From Eggerthellaceae bacterium (GTDB lineage Bacteria > Actinomycetota > Coriobacteriia > Coriobacteriales > Eggerthellaceae), in assembly GCA_036552405.1 (NCBI GenBank), contig JAXKCR010000001.1, positions 64,642 through 128,641 of the forward strand: a stretch of 64,000 bases of DNA, written 5' to 3'. Positions 28,776 to 38,349 of this stretch are shown here, piece by piece. The notes beneath the pieces are model-generated. The model made no database searches. It saw only the letters and a list, made by a program, of their open reading frames with translations, and was not told the origin of the DNA. The first letter of the stretch is position 1. Every line of letters starts with the position of its first letter. The translations under genes were made by a program, and so were the position numbers.

Positions 28776-29257
28776 CCCGCTCGCCGCTATTGCTCCTCGA
28801 CGCCAACGTCTGGATAGACAATTATTGTCCCAGCAGGCCCAATGCTGTCGCGTCGCAAAAAATTGTTTCATATGCGGTAAAAAACGACATCGACCTTCTG
28901 TACCCCATTACTGCGCTGGGAACGATCTTCTACGTCATCAATTCCACATCGAAGCACCTAGCGAAACACACGGAAGGGACTCTAAGCCCGCAACATGCGC
29001 TCGCAGCGCGCGAATTTGCCTGGTCATGTATCGAAAATCTACAGGCTATTGCTTCTACTCTCGGCGCCGACCAGTCAGATGCTTGGCTCGCCACAAAATA
29101 CCGTTCACTACACAATGACCTGGAGGACGACCTCATACTTGCAAGTGCACAGCAAATCGAAGGTCTTTATCTGGTAACCAACGATGTCAAATTACGACAA
29201 AACGCTCCCCTACCCGCATTGGATCCGGCCAGTATGCTTACCTTGCTCAACGGGTAA
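28772..29257 (+). CDS. PIN-domain toxin (VapC-like)
   Basis: LLLDANVWID at the N-terminus with the LVTND acidic residues typical of PIN nucleases. 161 aa. Confidence 0.65.
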   Translation: MTRSPLLLLDANVWIDNYCPSRPNAVASQKIVSYAVKNDIDLLYPITALGTIFYVINSTSKHLAKHTEGTLSPQHALAAREFAWSCIENLQAIASTLGADQSDAWLATKYRSLHNDLEDDLILASAQQIEGLYLVTNDVKLRQNAPLPALDPASMLTLLNG

Positions 29258-29563
29258 GACCCGTGCTTTCACGATGAAGGACTCACCTGACGGGAGGCCC
29301 CATAACAAACGCAATGCTCAACCATCGGCCGTTTCCAGAGCAGTCGTCACCCAAAACCAGAGCGACCACCCTTGAACTTATGTTCATTACCGATTCTGAA
29401 TTGCCCTCTTGGTTTTTGAGCAGTAAAATGCACTCCTTGCGTCTTGTTACCAAAACGTAAGAAACATCGGATCTGTACGCGTTCCGCACCGGCATCCCGC
29501 CAGGGCGGAACGCTTCATTTTCAAACACATACGAATAAGCCACGTCAACCAAGAGAACGAAGC

Positions 29564-31264
29564 ATGCAGCGCGACAAAATCAAACCTATACTTTTCAGCG
29601 TTATCAAACACACCTCAAAAGAAGAACTTAAAAAGCAGATCCCCAAAGATATCGTATCCGGCCTCATGGTGGCCGTCGTCGCACTCCCACTTTCCATCGC
29701 GCTGGGCATCGCGTCTGGCGTTGGCCCCGAACAGGGTCTGTACACGGCCATCGTCGCGGGCTTCATCATTGCGTTCTTGGGTGGTAGCCGCGTCCAAATT
29801 TCTGGACCCACCGCAGCGTTCGCGACCATCGTGGCGGGCATCGTTGCCACAGACGGCATCGATGGACTTTTCGCCGCGACCATCATCGCGGGCGTGCTCC
29901 TTATCATAGGTGGTCTTCTGAAACTGGGAACGCTCATTCGCTTCGTGCCCCTTACCATCACCACGGGCTTCACCGCGGGCATTGCCGTCACCCTGGTCAT
30001 TGGCCAAATAAAAGACCTTATGGGGCTGTACTTTCCCGAAGGAACGCCCACCGTTGAGACCATGGAAAAACTCGTAGCCGTGGCGCAGAACTTCGCCACC
30101 TTCAACGTTGAAGCCATCATTGTGGGCGCTGTATGCTTGATCGTCCTGTTCGGCCTGCCCAAGATCACGGAAAAAGTGCCTAGCTCCCTTGCCGCGCTGA
30201 TCGTGGGTGTCGCCATGGTAAGCGGCCTTGGCATGCACGTGAACACCATCGGCGACCTGTACACCATCAACAGCGGACTGCCTGCGTTCCATACCCCACA
30301 GCTCAGCATGGAACTGTTCCGCGATCAATTCGCCAACGGCGTCACCATCGCCATCTTGGCCGCCATTGAGTCCTTGCTTTCTTGCGTTGTCGCAGACAGT
30401 ATGATCAGCTCTCACCACCGCGCGAATATGGAACTGGTTGCGCAAGGCGCAGGCAACATCGGATCTGTCCTGTTCGGCGGCATTCCCGCAACGGGCGCCA
30501 TCGCCCGCACCGCCGCAAACGTGAAGAACGGTGGTCGTACCCCTATCGCCGGCATGGTGCATGCGCTGGTGCTGCTTTTGGTGCTCGCCTTCTTCATGCC
30601 CTACGCCGCGCTCATTCCCATGCCCACCATCGCCGCCATTTTGCTTCATGTTGCCTACAACATGTCTGGCTGGCGCAGCTTCGTGCATATTTGCAAAACC
30701 TCTTCGCGCGGAGCCATTTCCTGCATGCTCCTTACGTTCGCACTCACTATCGTATTCGACCTGGTAATCGCCATCGGCGTCGGCATGGCCATCACCGTCA
30801 TCCTGTTCATGAAGATGGTCGCCGAAGAAACCGAAGTGAAGGGCTGGAAGTACTACGGCGATCAGAACTCCGAAGTCACGCACCTGCGTGAACTTCCCAA
30901 GAGCGTGCGCGTATATGAGATCAACGGCCCCATGTTCTTCGGCATGACGGATCGCATCACCGATATTTCCGTGAAATCATTCACCAAATACCTGATCATC
31001 CGCATGCGCGGCGTACCTTCACTGGACTCTTCCGGTATGCATGCCCTTGAGAACCTGCATGCGTACTGTCAGCGAAATGGCGTGAAGCTGATCATCTCCC
31101 ACGCCAACGAGCAGCCCATGAAGACCATGGAGCATGCAGGCTTCGTAGACATAGTTGGCCGCGAGCACTTCCGCGCCAACATCGACGACGCCATTGCTCA
31201 CGCGCGCCAGCTCATCGAAGAAGAAGAGGCCACTGCCAAACAAAAGGGCAAACAACAGAGCTAA
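29564..31264 (+). CDS. SulP-family anion transporter with C-terminal STAS domain
   Basis: SulP TM core (GPTAAFATIVAG...) plus a STAS domain at the end. Start chosen at MQRDKIKP; the upstream ORF extension is Arg-rich junk. Confidence 0.75.
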   Translation: MQRDKIKPILFSVIKHTSKEELKKQIPKDIVSGLMVAVVALPLSIALGIASGVGPEQGLYTAIVAGFIIAFLGGSRVQISGPTAAFATIVAGIVATDGIDGLFAATIIAGVLLIIGGLLKLGTLIRFVPLTITTGFTAGIAVTLVIGQIKDLMGLYFPEGTPTVETMEKLVAVAQNFATFNVEAIIVGAVCLIVLFGLPKITEKVPSSLAALIVGVAMVSGLGMHVNTIGDLYTINSGLPAFHTPQLSMELFRDQFANGVTIAILAAIESLLSCVVADSMISSHHRANMELVAQGAGNIGSVLFGGIPATGAIARTAANVKNGGRTPIAGMVHALVLLLVLAFFMPYAALIPMPTIAAILLHVAYNMSGWRSFVHICKTSSRGAISCMLLTFALTIVFDLVIAIGVGMAITVILFMKMVAEETEVKGWKYYGDQNSEVTHLRELPKSVRVYEINGPMFFGMTDRITDISVKSFTKYLIIRMRGVPSLDSSGMHALENLHAYCQRNGVKLIISHANEQPMKTMEHAGFVDIVGREHFRANIDDAIAHARQLIEEEEATAKQKGKQQS

Positions 31265-31282
31265 ACCCTAGCAATGCAAGAG

Positions 31283-31314
31283 CCCCTGCCAACACCATGT
31301 GGCAGAGGCTCTTC
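31283..31314. terminator. bidirectional terminator between the convergent SulP and SPFH genes
   Basis: GAGCCCCTGCCA-ACACCATG-TGGCAGAGGCTC, a 12-bp stem with one mismatch. Confidence 0.5.
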
Positions 31315-31340
31315 TTGTAGCCTACGGTTTTGCGCTTACC

Positions 31341-32660
31341 CTACGCTCTGGGCTTACCGCATTCTTGGCAGAACTTACCGGTGTTCTGGGCACCACACGC
31401 GCACGTCCATGGGCCAGAAGACGGCGCGGGCTTGCCGCATCCCTGGCAGAACTTGCCTGTGTTCTGGGTTCCGCATTCGCATACCCACGGGCCGGCAACG
31501 GGAGCTGTCGCAGGCATAGGTTTACCGCATTCCTGGCAGAACTTACCCGTGTTCTGCGTGCCGCATGCGCACACCCAAGAAGCCGGCATAGTAGCAGCGG
31601 AGAATCCACCGCCTTCAGCTGTAGGGTAATTGCTTGCGGGAACCTGGCCGCCCGCCTGACCGAACAAGTTACCAGCGTTCATGCCGCCTGCCATACCCGC
31701 CATGCCCATGCCCACGAAGGCGTTCATGGCCCCGCCTTCGTTAGATGCGGCCATGCGCATCGCATCGGCCTGAGCTGCCGCAATGTTAGCGGCCGCCATA
31801 TTGGGATCGCGCATAATGGCAGCGGATTGAAGCTGCTTGATGCGATCTTCGTCTTCAGGGGAAATAGTGATGGCGTTCACGCCGAAGCTCTTAATTTCAA
31901 GGCCGCGCAGATCGCGCCAGTCGGCGCTCATTTCTTCATTCAGGGCATCGGCGAGCTCTGCCGTGTGGGCAGGAACCGCACTGTAACGAATTCCCATGGC
32001 GGAGATCTTCGCCAGCGCAGGCTGCAGCGCAGTAAGAAGCTCGCTCTTCATCTGGGAATCAATCAAATCGCGTGTGAACGAATCTTCTACGTTGGCGCAC
32101 ACTTCCTTGTAGAACTTCAGAGGGTCGGTGATGTGATAGGAATATTCGCCGTTCATGCGAACCGCAGTATCCAGATCAAGGCCGATGTTGGTATCTACCA
32201 CACGGAAGGGAACGGGGCTTTGCGTGCCGTACTTGTTGCCCATGATCTCTTTAGTATTGAAGAAGTACACGCGCTGATCGTTGCCCGTATCGCCACCAAA
32301 GCCAAAACGGCGCCCCATGCGCTCAAAGCTCGCAGAAATGGTCTCACCCAAATCGCCGTAGAACACAGAAGGCTCCGTGGAAGTGTCGTACACGAATTCA
32401 CCGGGCTCGGCGCACACTTCGACGATGGCGCCCTGTTCTACGATGAGCATGCACTGACCATCGTTGACGGCAATGATGGAACCATTGGAAATAATATTGC
32501 TTTCGCCCTTGGTGTTGGAGCTGCGGCCCTTGTCTGAAGTGCGCTTCACGCCCTTCGTCATAAGCACGTCCATAGGCATGGATTCGCAATAGAAGTAATC
32601 GCGCCAAGAATCGGCCAAGACACCGCCAAGCGCACCGGCACCAGCTTTAAGAAGACCCAT
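31341..32660 (-). CDS. SPFH/Band-7 (YdjI-like, flotillin-related) protein with three tandem C-terminal zinc ribbons
   Basis: Band_7_1-type N-terminus and a Gly/Met/Ala-rich linker. C-terminus has 3x W-x-C-x-CGTQNTGKFCQ-x-CGKP. ATG 32660 has an AAAGGAAAAG RBS; the track start at 32678 is TTG. Confidence 0.7.
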   Translation of the reverse strand: MGLLKAGAGALGGVLADSWRDYFYCESMPMDVLMTKGVKRTSDKGRSSNTKGESNIISNGSIIAVNDGQCMLIVEQGAIVEVCAEPGEFVYDTSTEPSVFYGDLGETISASFERMGRRFGFGGDTGNDQRVYFFNTKEIMGNKYGTQSPVPFRVVDTNIGLDLDTAVRMNGEYSYHITDPLKFYKEVCANVEDSFTRDLIDSQMKSELLTALQPALAKISAMGIRYSAVPAHTAELADALNEEMSADWRDLRGLEIKSFGVNAITISPEDEDRIKQLQSAAIMRDPNMAAANIAAAQADAMRMAASNEGGAMNAFVGMGMAGMAGGMNAGNLFGQAGGQVPASNYPTAEGGGFSAATMPASWVCACGTQNTGKFCQECGKPMPATAPVAGPWVCECGTQNTGKFCQGCGKPAPSSGPWTCACGAQNTGKFCQECGKPRA

Positions 32661-32715
32661 TTCTTTTCCTTTCAACAACCCGACACATGCCAGGTAAGAT
32701 CCTTGCTATATCGTC

Positions 32716-33588
32716 CTAGAACTTTCCGCCGGAAGATCCACCGAACCCACCAGAATCGATAGTGGATCCACGACCACCAAAATCGTCGTCGTCACGGTCT
32801 ATATGCACAACAGTCACCGTAGTAGTGCGGAACGTATCATGCTGATGAGTAAGCACCACGGGATGTTCCTTGTCAACGTAGTTCGAGGCCTCCGACTGCC
32901 TGCGGGCCGTACGCATAGCACGCAGCGGACCATGAAGGAACCCGTACGTTATACCAGCGCCGCCCACTAGCGCGATCACCAACGAGGCCAGAATAATAAG
33001 CGGATAGTTCTTCGGGGCATTATGGGAATCGAGCGGCTCCCCATTTTCCACGTAGAACGTAATGGCCTCGTCGCATTCGGACAAGTACGCTTGCGCACCC
33101 TCGTACCATTCGTCGTCACTGATCTTGTCAACAACAGCTTCTTCAAGGTTCTCGATCTGATAATCAGAGAAAACCGTAGTGCCCTTGCCATAGGTGATGG
33201 TGACATAATCGCGCGAGTCAACCGCGATAAGGAACATGATCCCGCTCTTGGAAGACCCCACGCCCACGTTGTACTTCTGATAATAAGATTTAGCGTAGTC
33301 GCGCGCCGTATACGATCCAATATCCGCAACCGTTACCAGGTAGACACCACAATCGCATTTCTGCGACAAGGCCTTGGCCTGCGATTCCAACTCGGCACGT
33401 TCGACCGAAGAGAACAGTTCGTAATGGTCCCTAATATAGGTAGACGAACTTGTCGTATCCGTGGAAGTCTCCGCCAAAGCAGGGGCCGGGCTTGCAACAA
33501 GCGCCACGCAAGAAACAAGAACGGCAAGAACAAGCGTTGCCGCCATGGACCTTACGCGCAAAGCGCGGTTCGCGAGCAGCGTCTTCAT
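32716..33588 (-). CDS. TPM-domain (YdjH-like) membrane-anchored protein
   Basis: Signal/TM, a TPM-like core (YLVTVADIGS...GIMFLIAVDSRDYVTITYG), a C-terminal TM and a Gly-rich tail. Confidence 0.6.
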   Translation of the reverse strand: MKTLLANRALRVRSMAATLVLAVLVSCVALVASPAPALAETSTDTTSSSTYIRDHYELFSSVERAELESQAKALSQKCDCGVYLVTVADIGSYTARDYAKSYYQKYNVGVGSSKSGIMFLIAVDSRDYVTITYGKGTTVFSDYQIENLEEAVVDKISDDEWYEGAQAYLSECDEAITFYVENGEPLDSHNAPKNYPLIILASLVIALVGGAGITYGFLHGPLRAMRTARRQSEASNYVDKEHPVVLTHQHDTFRTTTVTVVHIDRDDDDFGGRGSTIDSGGFGGSSGGKF

Positions 33589-34937
33589 AACATCATCCCC
33601 ATCATCACGAAAGCGATCACGAACACCACGATGAACGAGGGGATGAAGCGCAGAACGGCGAATTTGGCCACTTTACCTTTATCAATAGGCAGATCGCCAA
33701 TGAGCCTGCCCGTCTGGCCGTTCATGGCGAACAAGTAATTATCGTTGTTCCAGGTGGTGTGCAGCATCCACACGGGAAGCAGCGCATACGATACATCAGT
33801 CACTTCAGCATTCGAAGAAAACCCGGTATTGATAACCGAATCGTAGCCGGATACCGTGGCTTGCGCCAATACGGGAACCGTTGCATCCATACGCCCGCAC
33901 GCGCGACCCATGCAATCCTGAGCAGAAAGATCGTAGCGCTCAGCCAAATAGCCCGGCAGATACCCGACATTGAATGCCTGGATCTCCTCGTAATCGAACG
34001 GCTCGATAGCATCCATATGGGCATCGGGCATCTTGGTGGAGCCGTCAACGGGAACGCGCGTGAACACGGCCTGGCCGCTGCGCCCAATGTCGTAATAATC
34101 CGTTTCGGTGATCTGGTCGTCGCCGTCTGTGAACATGCGCGTGTTGGTTGCTTCGAATGACGCGTCGAAGTCCACCTTGGAACTTACCAGCCAAAACGGC
34201 ACATACACACCCTGCACGTGCTCAAGATGACTCTGCTCCGTAAAGGCATCGGGCAAGAACTTCAGCTGCGCATAGTGGTTATTCAATGCCGCAATCGCGT
34301 CTTCCTTCGTCTTCTTGAACGGAATGACAAGATCGGGCTTGGAAAGACCCGCAAGCGTCCCTGGCAAGACCGACTGGTTTCCGCAGTACGGGCATTCGGT
34401 TACCGCTGTGGTGGCATCGACCGTCAAAGCCGCCGCGCATGAAGAGCACGTATATACCTTCATGCCAAGTTCTTCGGCTTCTACCCATGGCGCGCGATCG
34501 AGAAACGCTTGGATGGGGTCGACTGCAGCGGTACGCGCCGTCCTTTCCGCGGCGGCGCTGGTAACGGCATCTATTTCGGGTGCAACGGCGCCCGCCCCCT
34601 CTTGCGTGGCAGACGCTTGCCCACCTTCGCTGCCAGAAACAGGAGCGCTTTCGGTAGCAGCTTCTTGAGCCTCGCGGACCGCTTGTTTTTCAGCAGCAGC
34701 GTCCTGTTTTGCCTGAGCCTCAGCATAGAGCTGCTCCACATACGCAGGCTCGAATGAGCTTCCGCAAAATGGGCATTCTAGCTTTTGGCTTGCCGGCGAA
34801 AATTCAAGGGCACCATTACACGAAGGGCATTTGTAGTTGACCGATTCTGGACCCACGGCCGATTCACCCCCAATTTGAAGCACCGCCGCAGGGACCCCCT
34901 CTTTCGAAACCCTAAGCCATGCCTTTCGAATATGCAT
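33585..34937 (-). CDS. double zinc-ribbon protein with C-terminal TM anchor (YdjG-like)
   Basis: YKCPSCNGALEF...LECPFCGSSF and YTCSSCAAAL...TECPYCGN zinc ribbons, then a large domain and a final TM. Start overlaps the TPM gene (operon). Confidence 0.6.
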   Translation of the reverse strand: MHIRKAWLRVSKEGVPAAVLQIGGESAVGPESVNYKCPSCNGALEFSPASQKLECPFCGSSFEPAYVEQLYAEAQAKQDAAAEKQAVREAQEAATESAPVSGSEGGQASATQEGAGAVAPEIDAVTSAAAERTARTAAVDPIQAFLDRAPWVEAEELGMKVYTCSSCAAALTVDATTAVTECPYCGNQSVLPGTLAGLSKPDLVIPFKKTKEDAIAALNNHYAQLKFLPDAFTEQSHLEHVQGVYVPFWLVSSKVDFDASFEATNTRMFTDGDDQITETDYYDIGRSGQAVFTRVPVDGSTKMPDAHMDAIEPFDYEEIQAFNVGYLPGYLAERYDLSAQDCMGRACGRMDATVPVLAQATVSGYDSVINTGFSSNAEVTDVSYALLPVWMLHTTWNNDNYLFAMNGQTGRLIGDLPIDKGKVAKFAVLRFIPSFIVVFVIAFVMMGMML

Positions 34938-35025
34938 GGCTCCATTATCGCCTAAGGCACCCTGTAGGAAATGGACTCAGGGCCCAAATAAAATCCATTC
35001 GTTACTTTCGCGTCTTCTTTAGAGC

Positions 35026-36195
35026 CTACCCTTCGAACAACGTGGCGGTCTTTTCCATCTGATCCGCGATCTTCACGCCGAAGGGGCACCTCTCTTCGCA
35101 GCTACCGCACCCCGTACAGTCAGCCGCCGTAGCGTCAAGTGCGAAGTAATGGCCCGCAACCGAATCGGGCACTTCATCCTGCATTACGGCAAGGTCGTAA
35201 AGCTTATTAACCGTGGCAATATCTATGTTCGCAACGCACGGTGCGCAGTGCCCACAGTAGATGCAATGGCCGAAATACGCGTGCTTCGGCGCTTCGGACA
35301 GCACGTGCGCGTACGCCTTCTGTTCCGGGGTGGCCGTTTCGTAAGCAAGTGCATCATCAATATGGGAAAGCTCCGAATAGCCCGCCAAAACACTGGCAAC
35401 ACCCGGTCTATCAAAGCAGTACTGGATGCATTGCGTCGGTGTCATGGCAATGCCGAACGGGGATTTTTCCGCATCCAGCAAGCGGCCGCCAGCGTAAGGC
35501 TTCATCACCGTAATGCCCTTACCCTCACGTTCGCACAGGCGATACACCTCAGCACGTTTGGGATCGATGCCGTCTTCGGTCGCTTCGGAAAAATCGCCGA
35601 ACAGCATATTGACGTCATCGCTCGGAGGCATCATGTCGAACGCCGGATTGGTGCTGAACATGATCATCTCAATGTCTTCATGAGCCAACGCGCGCAAAGC
35701 AACATCCGGATTATGCGTTGAAAGACCCACATGTTCAATGCTGCCCTGTTCGCGCAGTTCATGAACGTAGTCAAGATACGGGCTGCCTGCCATCACCTGA
35801 TCGAATTCGTTAACATCGTCAATGTAGTGAATCATGCCCAGCTCAACATGATCGGTGCGAAGGTAGTGCAGCAAATCCTGGAACGCGCTCTTGCACGCAT
35901 CAAGATCACGCGTGCGCACGTACTGACCACCTTGCCAGGTCGATCCGATATGACCCTGGATCACCCAGCGATCACGCCCACCATGCGCCGCCATGGCATC
36001 GCCCAGTTTTCGGCGTATCTCTGGATCGGGCATCCAAATATCAACGATATTAATACCCTCTTCTTCGCAGCGCGCAACGAACGCCGCCACCTCTTCGGCG
36101 GATTTATCCATCCATTCGGCGCCGAACCCGATTTCGCTTACCTTAAGGCCTGTTCTGCCGAGCTCCTTGTATTCCACGCAGGACCTTCCCTTCAA
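35026..36195 (-). CDS. aldo/keto reductase with C-terminal 2x[4Fe-4S] ferredoxin-like domain
   Basis: AKR N-terminus YKELGRTGLKVSEIGFG. C-terminal Cys clusters CIYCGHCAPC and CTGCGSCEERCP. Confidence 0.75.
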   Translation of the reverse strand: MKGRSCVEYKELGRTGLKVSEIGFGAEWMDKSAEEVAAFVARCEEEGINIVDIWMPDPEIRRKLGDAMAAHGGRDRWVIQGHIGSTWQGGQYVRTRDLDACKSAFQDLLHYLRTDHVELGMIHYIDDVNEFDQVMAGSPYLDYVHELREQGSIEHVGLSTHNPDVALRALAHEDIEMIMFSTNPAFDMMPPSDDVNMLFGDFSEATEDGIDPKRAEVYRLCEREGKGITVMKPYAGGRLLDAEKSPFGIAMTPTQCIQYCFDRPGVASVLAGYSELSHIDDALAYETATPEQKAYAHVLSEAPKHAYFGHCIYCGHCAPCVANIDIATVNKLYDLAVMQDEVPDSVAGHYFALDATAADCTGCGSCEERCPFGVKIADQMEKTATLFEG

Positions 36196-36396
36196 AAGCT
36201 ATTCGCTTCTTCTTTTACATAATGCCAAAAAGCGCCCAGCTAGTTCGAGCTGGGCGCGAAACAAATGTTGGCAGCCAAAGACCCAGATCACCGACCCAGG
36301 CCTTCGGCTCATATTCGTAGGTCTGAAGCATCGCCTCGAACCTTCGGGCGACTCCCTCGCGATCCAAAGCTACCGACCCACGATCTCATCCAATAC

Positions 36397-37563
36397 CTAC
36401 ATGCTCGCCTTCAGAATGTCGATGATCTCTCCGCGTGAAAGAACGTGGTAGCCGCCCTCCATCACGAACACGCTATCGGCGACATCTTCAAGCATATCTT
36501 CGGAAAGACCCAGCTCGGACGTATTCATGACGCAGCCGATCTCTCGCATCCAATCTTCAAGGCGCACCAGACCCTCTTCGACGACCTGCTCTTCGCTCTT
36601 GCCTTCAGGGCGCACATCCCAAACCGCGGTAGCGAATCGCGCGAACTTCTTCATGGCGAAGGGAGCGATCATGCGGTAATACGGCAAAGAAACCACAGCC
36701 AGTGTCATGCCATGCGTGGCGTCCGTGTGGGCAGCAAGGCCCTGACCCAGCATGTGCACTTCCCAGTCCGTGGGCTTGCCCATGGCGACGAACGTATTCA
36801 GCGCCCATGTGGCGTTCCACATGATGTTGCTGCGCGCTTCATAGTTCTGCGGATCCTTAGCGGCAACGCGGCCCGCATGCACCACGGAACGCATAAGGCC
36901 CTCCATCACGTAATCGCTCGTGCAATCATCTTCGCCAGAAAAATACTGTTCCATGATGTGGCTCATGGCGTCGAAGATACCCGCCACCATCTGATACCGC
37001 GGCACCGTCATGGTAAATTCTGGATTCATAACGGCGAACTTCGGGAACACGTCCGTGCCGAAAATATGGCCGATCTTCTGCTTTGCGGCATGGTTGGTAA
37101 TGACGGACCCGCCGTTCATTTCCGAACCCGTGCCTGCCATGGTAAGCACAACGCCCACCGGTACGATTTCGCAATCCGGCTCCTCGAAACGAATGAAATA
37201 CTTTTCCCATGGGTCTTCGCCACAGTGTACGGAAACAGAAACAGCCTTCGCGTAATCGCTGCAAGAGCCGCCACCGACGGCGAGAATGAGGTCCACGTTA
37301 TTTTCTCTGGCAAGGGCGATGCCCTCATGCAATTTTTCGACTGTGGGGTTAGGCATGACGCCACCGTCTTCCACTACGGTTTTGCCCGCCGCGTCAAGCA
37401 CCGCGATGACCTGGTCATAGATACCGTTCTTCTTGATGGAACCGCCACCGTAGACCAGTTGCACCGTGGGGCCATACTGGTCCAACTCTTCACGAAGGGC
37501 GTTCAGTGCGCCTTTGCCAAAGTGGACGCGCGTTGGATTGTGGTAAGTGAAATCACCGAGCAT
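36397..37563 (-). CDS. iron-containing alcohol dehydrogenase (NADH-dependent butanol-dehydrogenase-like)
   Basis: Fe-ADH signatures GGGSxxD...HxxxH over 388 aa. Confidence 0.8.
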   Translation of the reverse strand: MLGDFTYHNPTRVHFGKGALNALREELDQYGPTVQLVYGGGSIKKNGIYDQVIAVLDAAGKTVVEDGGVMPNPTVEKLHEGIALARENNVDLILAVGGGSCSDYAKAVSVSVHCGEDPWEKYFIRFEEPDCEIVPVGVVLTMAGTGSEMNGGSVITNHAAKQKIGHIFGTDVFPKFAVMNPEFTMTVPRYQMVAGIFDAMSHIMEQYFSGEDDCTSDYVMEGLMRSVVHAGRVAAKDPQNYEARSNIMWNATWALNTFVAMGKPTDWEVHMLGQGLAAHTDATHGMTLAVVSLPYYRMIAPFAMKKFARFATAVWDVRPEGKSEEQVVEEGLVRLEDWMREIGCVMNTSELGLSEDMLEDVADSVFVMEGGYHVLSRGEIIDILKASM

Positions 37564-37710
37564 AGTTACTCCTTCTTACGTGTTTTGCAATCTGATAACC
37601 CAGGCTGTTGAGCCAGGCCTTCGGCTGATGCTTATGGGTCCGAGCTATCGATCCAAGGATTCGGCTAACGCCTGTGTGCCCGAACCATTACCCATAGCCT
37701 CGGTCGACGC

Positions 37711-38190
37711 TTACAGACCCAGACCGTCGAGCCAGGACTTTATCTGAGCCTTATTAAAACTTGGGAACACCCTGCCCTGAACGAGCGTTGCCCCAGGACA
37801 GCTAGGCGCGAGCTCTGCATTGGTGTTGCCCATTCCGCTACCGCCGCTAGTTGCGAAGGGCACTACGGTCTTGCCGGCAAAGTCGTACTGCTCCAGGAAC
37901 GTGTTAATCACCGTGGGCGCAACATACCACCAGATAGGAAAGCCTACGAACACCACATCGTACGCATCCATGTTCTTCACCTTAGAAGCAACGGCGGGGC
38001 GAAAGGTTCGATCACCCTTCATTTCAACGCTGCTGCGACTATTGGGGTCGTTCCAATTTAGGTCGTTTGGCGTATAGGGCTGACCAGGAACGATCTCGAA
38101 CAGGTCCGCGCCGGCGACTTCTGCCAAATTGGTAGCCAGGCGCTTAGTAACGCCGCTTGCACTGAAGTACGCAACGAGCCTCTTGGACAT
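37711..38190 (-). CDS. flavodoxin
   Basis: RLVAYFSASGVTKRLA FMN-binding N-terminus. 159 aa from ATG 38190 (AAAGGA RBS). Confidence 0.75.
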   Translation of the reverse strand: MSKRLVAYFSASGVTKRLATNLAEVAGADLFEIVPGQPYTPNDLNWNDPNSRSSVEMKGDRTFRPAVASKVKNMDAYDVVFVGFPIWWYVAPTVINTFLEQYDFAGKTVVPFATSGGSGMGNTNAELAPSCPGATLVQGRVFPSFNKAQIKSWLDGLGL

Positions 38191-38349
38191 GCTTATTCCT
38201 TTCAATTAATCTTCTCTACTTTTCTTTTGCGTTGTTTAAGTTACGCCGCGTATCTTTATCTGTCAATAGTTAAATAACGTTTTGTTACTAAAAGTTGCAA
38301 TTCGAATACGCTATACTGCTAAACACAGGCAATCCACAGGGGAGCAGTC

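Noticed and set aside
29444-29563. N-terminal 40-aa extension of the SulP ORF
   Set aside because: It is Arg/Lys/Pro-rich with no signal-peptide or membrane character. The conserved SulP N-terminus begins at MQRDKIKP.
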